The notes under the pieces were generated by a model, which worked only from the letters and a program-made list of their open reading frames with translations, was not told the DNA's origin and did not search any database. The position numbers and the translations under genes were made by a program. From an uncultured virus (IMG/VR IMGVR_UViG_3300025087_000039) (taxonomy: Duplodnaviria; Heunggongvirae; Uroviricota; Caudoviricetes), in IMG/VR virus record IMGVR_UViG_3300025087_000039, positions 1 to 64,000 of that record: a stretch of 64,000 bases of DNA; one strand, 5' to 3'. Shown in pieces: positions 28,016 through 38,663 of the stretch (the stretch's first letter is position 1; every line of letters begins with the position of its first letter).

Positions 28016-30049
28016 CTAAAGTGAAATACTATCAGCCCAGTTTTCACTTGGAATATTATTAATCCGATCTTTTGCTTTTAAAAGCGTTAAAACGTTATCT
28101 CTTTTTAAACTTGAATTTTCAATTTTATCTAAAAGATATTTATAATTAGTTTTTTGCTTTTGATCATTTTCAGGATCCCAAATAATCAAAGATTTTAAAA
28201 TATTCTCTGGTAATAATGTTAAATCTATCTCATCTTTTATATCTACTTTTTTATTTTGGAATTGTTTCTTAATAACCAATAATAGGCGATCAACATTCTC
28301 AGAATTCTCTTGACTTTCATTGTTTAACCTTATATACCTTTCGAGCATAGATTCATTTTGATCTTCTTTCTTTTCTTTTTCTGGCTCGATCAATAACGAT
28401 TTAATTTCTTCAGATATTTCCAAGGGAATTTTTCCATGAACAATAAAATTTGTTTCAGAAGGAACGATATCGTTTAAAATTTGTTCTAAAGAAAATGCGT
28501 TCTCAAAAGAAATATGTGCAGTTTTGTTTTTAAAATACTCATCATGTATATCTTTTATATAATCATTATTAGTTTCTAAATGATCAAAAACTCTTTCAAA
28601 AAATTGTCTCATTTCATTTTCTGAAATATTTTTATTATACATTTCTAATTTTTCTTCGATAGATTTAAAAAACCCAAGTTCCTTATATGATCTAAACTTA
28701 TTAAGAAGAATATTAACACCTTGATCTTTATTGAAAAATTTTATAATACTGTAAATCAAAGAATCTGTGACCGTTCGCACCCCTAATAAATCTAAGGAAA
28801 AATTTTCATTTTCATCTGTTATCTTTTGTTCCAATTTTTCTTTTGCTATTCTTATATAAATTGATGAGATTAAAAGATCCATAGATAAATTTTTATTAAA
28901 ATCAGTAAGTTCATTATTTTTCAAACGATACCGTAATAAAGGAATTGTATTTGGGATTGGATTATTACAAGAAAGATAAGAATTTAAAATAATAGAATAC
29001 AACAATTTTGAAAGGTAAAAAATGGATTTTCTTTCTTCTTCAGACGCACCTCGGAAAAAATCTTCTGTATTGTTTCCAGGAGACATTTTTAAGCATGTAT
29101 TCATAAAACTATATATTGGATTATTCGTTGACAAACAACTTTTTGTTAATTGAATTAAATTGGAAATATCATTAGATAAAATATTATCAATCAAAATACT
29201 TTTAACTTTTTGAGAAAAAGTGGGCTGCGCGCTCTTAACGTTCAATTTACTGATTTCTTCTATCTCGATAGAATCCAAATTTTTCTCGATAAAACTATTA
29301 AAATTATCCAGAATATTTTCTTTATTATCCTCAGGATTATTCTCGCGCTCTATACGTAAAACATTCTGAGCCTCTTTTTGGAAATTGTTCTTGGGATTAT
29401 TCTCGCGCTCTATACGTAAAACATTCTGAGCCTCTTTTTGGAAATTATTTTCCCTAGTAATTGAGACTTGAGAAGGCAAAATTTCTATATTTCTAGAAAT
29501 CCTATTATTAACATCTAAAAGCTTTGAAAGAAGCTGACTTTGAATCATCGACAGAAAACTTTGCTCATAATTTTGTATAAAACTTTTTAATCTCATGGCC
29601 AATATTTTAACAAATGTAATCGGTACTATTATGCTATTTGAAGAGGTCTCGGAAAGGAAAATTGAAATGTGAGTTATATACTCGGGATTATTCTCGTCTT
29701 CTAGAAAAGTAAAATTTAGAATTTTATCCTTTATTTTTCTTATTACTTGAAACTTTTCTTTTCCGATCTTGTTTGAATTCTCAAATACATTTTGAAGTGA
29801 TGATAAAAGATTAGTAGCTTCAAAAACATTTAAACTACAATTATTTGAAAAATTATCATTCGAAATTGAAATCGAAAAGAATAATTGGTTGAAATTTTTA
29901 TAATCTATCGTACTCGTAAAAAGAGAACATTTAATATATCCATTTGTACTGTATTTCAAATCTTTAAAAGAAAGGATATTCTGATTGAAAAATTCTGACT
30001 CTTGGTTGGACATATTTAAAACCTTTCTAAAAGGATTAAAGGAGGACAA
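28016..30049 (-). CDS. Large hypothetical protein with 20-aa tandem duplication
   Basis: 677-aa ORF. Confidence 0.7.
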   Translation of the reverse strand: MSSFNPFRKVLNMSNQESEFFNQNILSFKDLKYSTNGYIKCSLFTSTIDYKNFNQLFFSISISNDNFSNNCSLNVFEATNLLSSLQNVFENSNKIGKEKFQVIRKIKDKILNFTFLEDENNPEYITHISIFLSETSSNSIIVPITFVKILAMRLKSFIQNYEQSFLSMIQSQLLSKLLDVNNRISRNIEILPSQVSITRENNFQKEAQNVLRIERENNPKNNFQKEAQNVLRIERENNPEDNKENILDNFNSFIEKNLDSIEIEEISKLNVKSAQPTFSQKVKSILIDNILSNDISNLIQLTKSCLSTNNPIYSFMNTCLKMSPGNNTEDFFRGASEEERKSIFYLSKLLYSIILNSYLSCNNPIPNTIPLLRYRLKNNELTDFNKNLSMDLLISSIYIRIAKEKLEQKITDENENFSLDLLGVRTVTDSLIYSIIKFFNKDQGVNILLNKFRSYKELGFFKSIEEKLEMYNKNISENEMRQFFERVFDHLETNNDYIKDIHDEYFKNKTAHISFENAFSLEQILNDIVPSETNFIVHGKIPLEISEEIKSLLIEPEKEKKEDQNESMLERYIRLNNESQENSENVDRLLLVIKKQFQNKKVDIKDEIDLTLLPENILKSLIIWDPENDQKQKTNYKYLLDKIENSSLKRDNVLTLLKAKDRINNIPSENWADSISL
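29334..29446. repeat. 60-bp-period tandem duplication (53 bp identical)
   Basis: 29334-29386 equals 29394-29446; encodes NFQKEAQNVLRIERENNP twice. Confidence 0.9.
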
Positions 30050-30059
30050 ATGTGGGAAT

Positions 30060-30720
30060 CATTATCTTTGAAATATTATTTTCTAATACCTTAGTATTCC
30101 GGAAAAAATAATGGTTTAAAAGGGAATATAATCTGTAGGAAACCTGAAATTATAGATTGAAAAATATTTTTCCTAGTTATTTAGTTCTGTAAGTTTTAGA
30201 ACTTTTCCCTTGAATTTTAAATTTTTATAAATAGATGGATTTAAGTTAAAAAGAGGTTTAAGAGTTGAAGGTTGAGCAAAGTGGAGCCCAGCGGAACGGA
30301 GCTCAAAACTTCAACTGATATTAAAAGCTAATAGAAGAATTTTGTTTTATGAAAAATATTTATGAAAAAGAATATCGAAAATGCTTTTTACTCAAGGAGT
30401 ACAAAATGATATTTTGTTATTTTTCTCCAGTAATTTCCCGAAACATATTACGGAAACTTTTTTGTATTTTGTTTTTAATTTTAGGAATTTTTTAAAATTC
30501 CTTATATTAATCTTAGATCATAGATCTAAGATCTATAGAAAAAATAATAACATATTCAATATTTTATATGGTATATTTTTCATAGATAATACTACTGTTA
30601 TGTCTTAAGATATAACTGTTCTTGAATAAAGAACTACAGCATCAAACTTAAATACCATTGTAAAATACTTATTATTTTTTTAATAACAATCGTTATTGAT
30701 AAGGGAATATAAAATTTTAA
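30060..30720. other. Candidate replication origin
   Basis: Longest AT-rich non-coding stretch; hairpin 30263-30316, IR at 30483-30502, palindrome with three GATC at 30511-30534; next to a Rep-like gene and the coding-strand switch. Confidence 0.4.
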
Positions 30721-30728
30721 ATCTAAAC

Positions 30729-31658
30729 TTAATTTTCTTTATTTTTATTTGGGTAGAATCTTTTTTCTATAGCCACATATTCAAATCTTCTTCTCGAAAA
30801 TTCAAATCCTGAGATCATATTCAATTCTTTTAATTCTAATAAACTATTTTTCAAACTCTCTTTTAATTCGGCTGTTATTAAATAAGAACCTAAAGATAAT
30901 AATATTTTAAGTTCTTTTAATAAGTATGTATTTATTCTCTTTTTAGATCCGTAAATTAATCTTCCTAAAAACTGTGTACTTTCTGGTAAACTATAAAATT
31001 CTAAAGGAAACCAATCTATATTAATTACTGATAAATTGTTCAAAAAACAAAAACCTATTTGATCATTAAAATTTAATCGATATTTTCTAGTATAAACATT
31101 ACCATTTTTTCCGACTTCAATATTTTTAACATCAAGATCAAAAAATGATTGTTCTTTTATAGTATTAATTTTGATATCTTCAAATGTCACTTTCTCTTCT
31201 TTATTGAAAGCTCTAAAAACATATTCTGAACTTATTTTACATTCTGATATATTTTTTAAAATATTATATACATATCCAGAAGAATATTTTTTAAAAATAG
31301 GAAAATCTTTAAAAAGCGTATAATCATCAATACATAATTGGAGATATGGATTTCCATTATTATTAAGATTATTAAAATCTTTTTCATTTTTAAATGTTGC
31401 TTGATTTTTAATTATATAAGGATCTAAGGGATTTCTAGGAATATCTTTATATAGTTTTGTTAGAAAAATAGTTCCTATAATATCCATCATCATATATGAA
31501 TCACAGTTCCAATAATTTGATAATTCAAGGTCAAAATTTGTTTCTTTATCAATTGGATTTATAATTTTTAATACATGAGGAAGTTTTACATTTTTTCCCC
31601 TTCGTTGGGGATTTGAAAGAATGTATCTGTTCATTCCACGTTCAGACGCTAGTTTCAT
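30729..31658 (-). CDS. Putative replication initiator (winged-helix Rep-like)
   Basis: C-terminal FYSLP..TQFLGRLI...LKNSLLELKELNMISGF resembles the Rep wHTH pattern. Confidence 0.4.
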   Translation of the reverse strand: MKLASERGMNRYILSNPQRRGKNVKLPHVLKIINPIDKETNFDLELSNYWNCDSYMMMDIIGTIFLTKLYKDIPRNPLDPYIIKNQATFKNEKDFNNLNNNGNPYLQLCIDDYTLFKDFPIFKKYSSGYVYNILKNISECKISSEYVFRAFNKEEKVTFEDIKINTIKEQSFFDLDVKNIEVGKNGNVYTRKYRLNFNDQIGFCFLNNLSVINIDWFPLEFYSLPESTQFLGRLIYGSKKRINTYLLKELKILLSLGSYLITAELKESLKNSLLELKELNMISGFEFSRRRFEYVAIEKRFYPNKNKEN

Positions 31659-31793
31659 TTTTTAAGCCTTTCATTTTTGTGGTTTAATGTGCCGTGTAAA
31701 TTAAAAACATTTTACTTTAAGTTAGAAAAAATTTTATATTAATTTGTTATATAAAAATAAAAAATGTTCTTAAAGAATTAGTTTCTAGAGAAA

Positions 31794-31801
31794 AGAACAA
31801 A
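31794..31801 (+). promoter_or_regulatory. AGAACAAA motif at the head of the plus-strand replication block
   Basis: Intergenic; divergent ATAACAAA on the minus strand at 31743-31750. Confidence 0.55.
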
Positions 31802-31816
31802 TTTAAAAACTTTTAC

Positions 31817-32101
31817 TTGAAAGGAAGAAAAATGGAACGAAATCCAAATCCATCATATGAATTTACGGGTACTATTCATTGTTCTGTTTGTGGACTTATG
31901 CATCCTCCTGTGAAAAATGGAGATTGCCCTTTGAAGCCAATTGAAGGAATATCAAATGAAAAGTTAAATCATATTTTATCATCAATCAAGACAATAATTA
32001 AATTCAACTTTGAGAAGAAAAATATAAAAGATTCTGATAAATTCTTGAAAGATTTGATAATTCATTTGACAACATTTTCCGAAAACTATAAGGATGAATA
32101 A
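31817..32101 (+). CDS. Small Zn-binding hypothetical protein
   Basis: CSVCGLMHPP...CP. Confidence 0.65.
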   Translation: MKGRKMERNPNPSYEFTGTIHCSVCGLMHPPVKNGDCPLKPIEGISNEKLNHILSSIKTIIKFNFEKKNIKDSDKFLKDLIIHLTTFSENYKDE

Positions 32102-32500
32102 ATGGTTAAAAAGAATCTTGATAAAATAAAATCTTTGATGGAAAAATATTATGATAAGGTAAATGTTTCTGAGGTAAAAGATACAAAAAGTATATTATTA
32201 ATGAGTTCAAATATTTATATTCTAATAGAAACGATTACAGATTATTTAATGTTATCTTTTCATATCTCAAGTGATTACAAAAAAGTTACTAATTTTTTAT
32301 TGGATTTAACGACTTTTATTCCACAGAATAAAATTGTAGCAATGGAACCTTTTTATGGAACTGATCAACGTTGGTTTTTATTTGGGAATGAAGCGAAAAT
32401 GGAATATGTTAATTTTTTAGAAAAAGTATTTAGAGCTAAGTTTGAGCAAGAATTTGAAATGAAATCTGTTTTGATTTCCTCTGATGGATTTCATTGCTAA
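32102..32500 (+). CDS. Hypothetical protein
   Basis: 132-aa ORF. Confidence 0.65.
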   Translation: MVKKNLDKIKSLMEKYYDKVNVSEVKDTKSILLMSSNIYILIETITDYLMLSFHISSDYKKVTNFLLDLTTFIPQNKIVAMEPFYGTDQRWFLFGNEAKMEYVNFLEKVFRAKFEQEFEMKSVLISSDGFHC

Positions 32501-32551
32501 AGAATGTTAAATTATTTTTCATAACAAATATTTAAAAGAGAAAGGTGAAAA

Positions 32552-33526
32552 ATGAAAATCCTTGAAAGTTTATGGGTAGAGAAATATCGTCCGAAGGAAA
32601 TTAAAGATCTTGTAATTCCTAATGATTATATAGAAGATTTTACAAGCTATTTTAAAAAAGGAGAAATCCCTAATTTATTATTTTATGGATGTCAGGGAAG
32701 TGGAAAGACTACTTTAGGAAAAATCATTTGTTCGGAGAATGGAGTTTTACATAGAAAGGTTGATAATCTATTAATTGTCAATGGTTCTTCAAAATCAACA
32801 AGAGGTATCGATTTTGTTGATACAACCATAGAACCTTTTTTAAAGGTTCCCCCATCTGGAACAGATAAATATAAAATTGTTTTTATCGATGAAGCAGATT
32901 ATTTAACAGATAATAGCTTTAGTTCTTTAAGACACATCATTGAAAAATATCAAGTTTCTTATGGAAGATTTATTTTTACATGTAATTATATTTCGAAAAT
33001 TCCCCCAGCAATTCAATCTAGATTTCAATCCTATGAATTTGAGAAAATCCCAACTAATTTTATTTTAAAATACTGCACAGATATTCTTAACAATGAAAAT
33101 ATATCTTTTCAAGAAGAAGATGTAAAATATTTAATAGAACAATTATTTCCGGATATCAGAAAAATAGTTAACACTCTTCAAAGAAATTCAAACACAGGAA
33201 AACTTCGTTTTGATAAAAATGGTATTATAACCTCTGAAAAACTTATTGTCTCAAGTTTTATAAAAGCTTGTGAATCTTTAAATGATAAGAATGAATTAAA
33301 TCGAATGTTAGGGACAATAGTGAATTCATTGAATGAAAGTTTGGATTATAGAAATTTATACACAACAATTTTTCAAATGGAACGAGTCTCTCCAATTGTA
33401 AAAATATTAGTTAATAAATATAGTAATGAACATAAAGATTGTTTGGTTCCCTCAATGAATTTTATGGGAATGGTTTTTGAATCTTTAAAATCTTTAAGAG
33501 AATATGAAACTTTGAGATCTAAATGA
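32552..33526 (+). CDS. Clamp-loader AAA+ subunit (T4 gp44/RFC-like)
   Basis: LWVEKYRP, GCQGSGKTT, IVFIDEAD, FIFTCN, AIQSRF. Confidence 0.92.
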   Translation: MKILESLWVEKYRPKEIKDLVIPNDYIEDFTSYFKKGEIPNLLFYGCQGSGKTTLGKIICSENGVLHRKVDNLLIVNGSSKSTRGIDFVDTTIEPFLKVPPSGTDKYKIVFIDEADYLTDNSFSSLRHIIEKYQVSYGRFIFTCNYISKIPPAIQSRFQSYEFEKIPTNFILKYCTDILNNENISFQEEDVKYLIEQLFPDIRKIVNTLQRNSNTGKLRFDKNGIITSEKLIVSSFIKACESLNDKNELNRMLGTIVNSLNESLDYRNLYTTIFQMERVSPIVKILVNKYSNEHKDCLVPSMNFMGMVFESLKSLREYETLRSK

Positions 33527-34500
33527 TTTACACTGAAGAATTTAAAAAGTTTCTAGAAAATTATTTTGGGCCAAAGAAAATTGTTTATAAAGCAAAAAAT
33601 ATAATTATTCCTTGTCCGTGGTGTGAATATTTTGAAGAAAAGAAACATTATCATTGTTATATATCTTTAGACTTACCAATCTTCAATTGTTTCTATGCAA
33701 ATTGTAGACAATCTGGATCAATAAAAAAGTTAGTTCAAAAAGTTTCAGGAAATGATAATTCAAATAAGTTAATTGATTATACAAAAATAAAAAAGAATCA
33801 ATTAGATTTTTCTAAATCTGGAAAGGCTTTTAAACCAAAGGAATATAATATCCCAGAAATCAGAATGGGTCGATTTCCTGATAAAGAATTTTATTTAAGA
33901 AAAAGAATTGATTTTTCAGATCTGAATATTCTTAAAATAAAAGGTTTAATTTTTAGCATAAAGGATTTTTTATCTTTAAATTTTATAGAACCTCATCCTG
34001 ATTTTAAAAGGATAGAGGATTATATTGAAGAAAAATTTATTGGTTTTTTAACGGAAAATAAAACTTGTATATTTTTTAGAAATATTGATGCATCTAGCAA
34101 TTTTAGACATTTCAAATTTAAGTTATCAGAATCGACATTTTTGGATTATTATAAAATAAAAGGACCCAAAAAAGATTCTAATCTTGTTATATTAGGAGAA
34201 GGAATTTTTGATATTTATAGTGAAATGATTTTTGATAGTATCAAAGTCCAAGATGAAGCAAATTTGTATGCATGTTCTTTATCTAGCTCATTTGGAGAAT
34301 TAGCAAGAAGTATTGCTTTTAATGAACAAATATATAGATTAAATATAAATATCCTTTCCGATTCAGATGTCCAATTGAATTATTATAAGAAAATGAAAAA
34401 AGATTATAGACATCTAATAGATAAATTATCTGTCTTTTATAATAAGAAAGGAAAAGATTTTAATGTCACACCAGCTATTCCAATAAAATATGTTTTATGA
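33523..34500 (+). CDS. DNA primase (Zn finger + Toprim, gp61-like)
   Basis: CPWC...FNCFYANC; LGEGIFD; SDSD; KDFN. Confidence 0.75.
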   Translation: MIYTEEFKKFLENYFGPKKIVYKAKNIIIPCPWCEYFEEKKHYHCYISLDLPIFNCFYANCRQSGSIKKLVQKVSGNDNSNKLIDYTKIKKNQLDFSKSGKAFKPKEYNIPEIRMGRFPDKEFYLRKRIDFSDLNILKIKGLIFSIKDFLSLNFIEPHPDFKRIEDYIEEKFIGFLTENKTCIFFRNIDASSNFRHFKFKLSESTFLDYYKIKGPKKDSNLVILGEGIFDIYSEMIFDSIKVQDEANLYACSLSSSFGELARSIAFNEQIYRLNINILSDSDVQLNYYKKMKKDYRHLIDKLSVFYNKKGKDFNVTPAIPIKYVL

Positions 34501-34521
34501 TTTTTAAATAGGAGAAATGGT

Positions 34522-34959
34522 ATGGATGAGAATGAAAATCTAATTCAAGGAAAAGAAGAAACATTAGATAAAAATGAAATCATTATTCAAAGAATTAAAG
34601 ATCATTTCGACTCAACAATAGATTCAGATATGAAAATTGATGGAAACATTTATAATTTAGGACTTTTAGATTATATAAAATTATTTGGAAAAGCTGCGGA
34701 AAGAAATAAAATTTTTCATATTGATGGAAATAGTACATGTATGTTTAATTGTAAACATGATGGAAATGACGCAATAATTATGATATTCAATATTCAACAA
34801 AAAAATAAAGAAGAATCAACTGTGAAATATTCTGCAGAAAAGGTTATGAATATTATCAAGTGGCTTGAAAGTGGTTTTACTTTTTATGAAAAGGTTTTTA
34901 TTCTCCAAATGGAAACAGGGGTTTACATTTCAGTGATTAAAGAAATAGAGAGGGATTAA
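34522..34959 (+). CDS. Hypothetical protein
   Basis: SD AGGAG; 145 aa. Confidence 0.65.
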   Translation: MDENENLIQGKEETLDKNEIIIQRIKDHFDSTIDSDMKIDGNIYNLGLLDYIKLFGKAAERNKIFHIDGNSTCMFNCKHDGNDAIIMIFNIQQKNKEESTVKYSAEKVMNIIKWLESGFTFYEKVFILQMETGVYISVIKEIERD

Positions 34960-34960
34960 G

Positions 34961-35146
34961 ATGAGAGGAACTGTCGCTAAAAAGATTCGAAAAATGGTAA
35001 ACGCTTTTGATCCAGAACTTTTAGGAACTATTAGAACTATGTATGGGGAAAAAACAAGAACTATGGATAAAAAGTGTATTGGTAAAGTGGCTAAAAAATT
35101 ATATAAAAAGGGCATGGTTAATATCTCAAATCTCGGAGGGAAATAA
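34961..35146 (+). CDS. Small basic hypothetical protein
   Basis: 61 aa in operon with SD. Confidence 0.6.
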   Translation: MRGTVAKKIRKMVNAFDPELLGTIRTMYGEKTRTMDKKCIGKVAKKLYKKGMVNISNLGGK

Positions 35147-35151
35147 TCTCA

Positions 35152-35910
35152 ATGAATACCGTGACTCTTCAGCAAGAACAATATGATGAATTTATTCGGT
35201 GTCTACAAATTTTAAAAGATTCATGTACGGACGTTGATATTAGAAATGGCCAAATTAGACAAAAGACAAATGATGTTTCTGTAATTTTTGATATGAATTT
35301 ATCTGAGATAATTTCTGAGTTGAATTTTCCCTTAAGTAATTTAAAGCAAAAGCTTGATATTTTGAAGTGTTTTATTAATCAAGAGGTTACCCTTTCAGAA
35401 TTACCGGAAGAAAGATCTTTTGGTTTTTCAGATCAATTTTCAAATTTAAAAATTAAGAATACGTCTTTGGATTTTTTAGATAATAAATTTATTACCAATG
35501 ATGATTTAAATGCAATGTTTACATTACAAGAAGAAGATCTTATTTTAGAATGCACAATTAACAGAACTATCTCAAATCGAATGAAGGTTATCTCTCAAAA
35601 TTTTAGCTCAACATCTTTTGAAGTTTCCATTGAAAATAATGAAGCGAAAATTTCTTCTAAGACTCAAGCCAAAGATCAATCGGTTGTCTTTATACAAAAT
35701 ATAACGACGAATAAATCTATCGAGTCTTCAATTTGTAATTTGGTTCCAATTCCTTTCATTGTAGAACATGATGGTGATATTGAATTTAAAATGTATATTG
35801 TGGATTATGAAAGAAAGACAGTGCTTTGTAAATTTAAAACTCTCATTGGCTCCATAGATATTGTAATGTACTCAAGAGGTTCTCTTATAAGTTCTGAAGA
35901 TGAGGAATAA
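35152..35910 (+). CDS. Probable sliding clamp (gp45/PCNA-like)
   Basis: 252-aa acidic alpha/beta protein with acidic tail, located among clamp loader, primase and RNase H genes. Confidence 0.5.
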   Translation: MNTVTLQQEQYDEFIRCLQILKDSCTDVDIRNGQIRQKTNDVSVIFDMNLSEIISELNFPLSNLKQKLDILKCFINQEVTLSELPEERSFGFSDQFSNLKIKNTSLDFLDNKFITNDDLNAMFTLQEEDLILECTINRTISNRMKVISQNFSSTSFEVSIENNEAKISSKTQAKDQSVVFIQNITTNKSIESSICNLVPIPFIVEHDGDIEFKMYIVDYERKTVLCKFKTLIGSIDIVMYSRGSLISSEDEE

Positions 35911-37046
35911 TGAATCCGACAACCCTTTTACCTTATTATCCAACTTATAATATTTTAGATGAGGTCGTTAGTTCAAAAAATTATAAAAATATTAATATTT
36001 TTATAGATTTAAAGAACAATCTTCAGACAACATTTTTAGAGTTCGCTGTCAAAAATATCATAGAGAATTCTAAAGCTTCAAATTATTATGATACATCTAT
36101 TTTTTCATCAGTTATTTCTTTTTTGGGATTTCATAAATTATATGCATTAAAAAGAGGGTTGAATATAAATTTTTATATATTTTTTGAAACGGGTCAATCA
36201 TATTATCATATTCATTTACATAAAGATTATAAAAAATCAAGACATGTTGGTGGGAATTTATTTGGACTGGATTTAGAAGATAGAGATCTTTTTAAATCTG
36301 TCTTGTATTCAAATTTCTTAATGACAGAAAAAGCATTAAATAGAGTTCCTAATGTTTTTGTTGTTCATCTACAAAATTTAGAAGCAGACTTTGTTCCTTA
36401 TTATTTAATCAAAAGAAAAAAGATTTTACAAGATGAAAACACAGTCAATTTAATTTATTCGACTGATCATGATCTTTATCAGTGTGTTGACGAAAATACC
36501 TTTGTTTTTTTCAGACATTATAAAACAAAAAAAATTATCAAAAAAGGACAAGTTTTATCTGAATATTTAAAAATAGAATCTGATATTCCAGATGAATATC
36601 TTCCATTTGCGATGAGTATTATTGGAGATTCTGGAGATGATATTGATGGCATAAAAGGAATTGCCGCTGGAAGATTTATTCCGATTTTTAATGATTTAAA
36701 AAATATAATTGGAGATATGACCTTATTATATAAAAATATTGAAGAAGGTTCAAATCCTTTTTCATTGTATCAGGAAACAAAACTGAACAAAAATATAGAT
36801 AAAATAATTGAATCTGAAAAAAACAGTTCATTGATTTCTAGAAATATGAAATTAGTATCATTTGAACTTTTATCAAGAAAATTAGATAATCCTGATTGTA
36901 CTGAAATAATTGATAAAAAGAAAAAACTTTTAGATCCATTCAAAATTAAAGAAATTGTGTCATATGATTCAATTCTTAACGCTCTCGTAAAAAATCATGT
37001 AATTCTTGAAGAAGAATCTTTAAATGTTTTATACTATGGGAGTTAA
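35910..37046 (+). CDS. RNase H / 5'-3' flap exonuclease (T4 rnh-like)
   Basis: FIDLKN, YKKSR, LEAD, STDHDLYQ, IIGDSGDDIDGIKG. Confidence 0.88.
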   Translation: MNPTTLLPYYPTYNILDEVVSSKNYKNINIFIDLKNNLQTTFLEFAVKNIIENSKASNYYDTSIFSSVISFLGFHKLYALKRGLNINFYIFFETGQSYYHIHLHKDYKKSRHVGGNLFGLDLEDRDLFKSVLYSNFLMTEKALNRVPNVFVVHLQNLEADFVPYYLIKRKKILQDENTVNLIYSTDHDLYQCVDENTFVFFRHYKTKKIIKKGQVLSEYLKIESDIPDEYLPFAMSIIGDSGDDIDGIKGIAAGRFIPIFNDLKNIIGDMTLLYKNIEEGSNPFSLYQETKLNKNIDKIIESEKNSSLISRNMKLVSFELLSRKLDNPDCTEIIDKKKKLLDPFKIKEIVSYDSILNALVKNHVILEEESLNVLYYGS

Positions 37047-37052
37047 AGGATA

Positions 37053-37775
37053 ATGCTAAATGATAATCAAGTTATTCAATTTATAAAAAGAAAATTAGGG
37101 TTTCCTCATGTGGGAATAGAGTTGACTGATGAGGAAATTATGTATGATGTTAAAAATTTTTCATTGAAAGAATTTTCATATTATATTCCAAGTAAGGCAA
37201 TTACAGTTTTAAATACAACTTTAAATTCTTCTAAGGTTGCAGGAAAAGGAAATGAGTTTTATATTACCGAACCCGATGGTTTGGAAATTTTAAATGTTAA
37301 AGAAATCTATGGTTCTGACTCTCAATTTTTTATTCATGGACACCCTATTTGGGGTGCTTTAAGTCAACCGACTGATTTAAGAAACTTTGCTTTGGATGTT
37401 GCCACAAGTATGATGATAAAGCAATTTTCTATGTTTGATAGAACCTTTGAATTTAAACATCCAAATATAGTTAGAATTTCTCCAATTCCAAATAATTCAG
37501 AAACTTATTTAGCCATCGAATACGAAAGACAACAGCCACAAGATTTTAGAGATATACCAAATGATCTTCAAATGTTTTTTTGTGATTTTGCTTTAGCAGA
37601 TATAATGATTGTTTTAGGAAATATTAGAAGAAAATACAGTGGAAATATGAGAACTCCTTTTGGAGAAATTCCTATAGACGCTGATGTCGGTGAAAAAGGA
37701 GAAACTAAAAAAAGGGAATTATTAGATAAACTTTCAACAAATCGACTTTTAAATGTGGTGGTAGATTTTGGATAA
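37053..37775 (+). CDS. Probable neck/head-completion protein (gp13-like)
   Basis: FIKRKLGFPHVGIEL N-terminus and LGNIRRKY C-terminal motif. Confidence 0.65.
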   Translation: MLNDNQVIQFIKRKLGFPHVGIELTDEEIMYDVKNFSLKEFSYYIPSKAITVLNTTLNSSKVAGKGNEFYITEPDGLEILNVKEIYGSDSQFFIHGHPIWGALSQPTDLRNFALDVATSMMIKQFSMFDRTFEFKHPNIVRISPIPNNSETYLAIEYERQQPQDFRDIPNDLQMFFCDFALADIMIVLGNIRRKYSGNMRTPFGEIPIDADVGEKGETKKRELLDKLSTNRLLNVVVDFG

Positions 37776-38244
37776 AGAATATTTTATAGGCTTAGATTTA
37801 TCAATGACCGGAACAGGGATGATTATCATTGATAATAATTTAAATATTATAAATCAGGAATTAATATCTTCTTCTCCCTCTGATGGCTCCAATGAAAAAA
37901 GAATAATAAAATTAAAAAATAATATTTTCTCATTTCTTCCTGAAGATCTGAAAATGATAAATAAAATTGGAATTGAAGGAATTTCTTATGGAAGCAAAGG
38001 AAGATCAATTGCTGAAATGTCGGCATTGAATTATTTTATTAGAATAAGCTGTTTAGAAAATAATCTCTCTTATATGGAAATACCCCCAACCACATTAAAG
38101 AAGTTTATAACTGGAAAAGGAAATTCTCCTAAAGATTTAATGCTTTTAAAAACATATAAAAAATTTGGTGTGGAATTTGATAATAATAATTTATGTGATG
38201 CTTATTGTTTAGCAAGATTTGTTTTAGAGGAATCTAAAAAATGA
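37768..38244 (+). CDS. RuvC-like Holliday junction resolvase
   Basis: IGLDLSMTGTG, IEG, PTTLKKFITGKGNSPK, NNLCDAYCLA. Confidence 0.88.
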   Translation: MDKEYFIGLDLSMTGTGMIIIDNNLNIINQELISSSPSDGSNEKRIIKLKNNIFSFLPEDLKMINKIGIEGISYGSKGRSIAEMSALNYFIRISCLENNLSYMEIPPTTLKKFITGKGNSPKDLMLLKTYKKFGVEFDNNNLCDAYCLARFVLEESKK

Positions 38245-38663
38245 GTCAACCATCTGAATTTATAATTGTAAAACATGATGCTATAAAAAGAGGATTACAT
38301 AATGATTTAAGATTTAAAAAACCATCTGGAAATATGTGGATATCTTTTTCTGTAAGAGATCAAATTCCATTAGTTCCAGGGAAAAAGATTGTTATAATTG
38401 AGACCACAGAACATACGAGAGAAGAAGCGTTATTTATAGGAAAAATTGAATCCGGCTATGGAGCAGGAACCATTGAAAAATATGATAAGGGGGCATGTGA
38501 AATAATTTCATGTTCAAATAAACATATTAAAATTATATTTCATGGTTCCAAAATAAAAGGGTTATATCATATAATAAACACAAGTACGTTTGGAAAAGGT
38601 GATAAAAATTCAAAAACATGGTTGTTTTTTAAGGCTTCAACCCAGGAGAATAATAATGAATAA
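38241..38663 (+). CDS. Stand-alone LigD 3'-phosphoesterase domain
   Basis: IVKHDA...LHNDLRF, TTEH, GYGAGTI..YDKG, G.Y..I, WL. Confidence 0.8.
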   Translation: MSQPSEFIIVKHDAIKRGLHNDLRFKKPSGNMWISFSVRDQIPLVPGKKIVIIETTEHTREEALFIGKIESGYGAGTIEKYDKGACEIISCSNKHIKIIFHGSKIKGLYHIINTSTFGKGDKNSKTWLFFKASTQENNNE

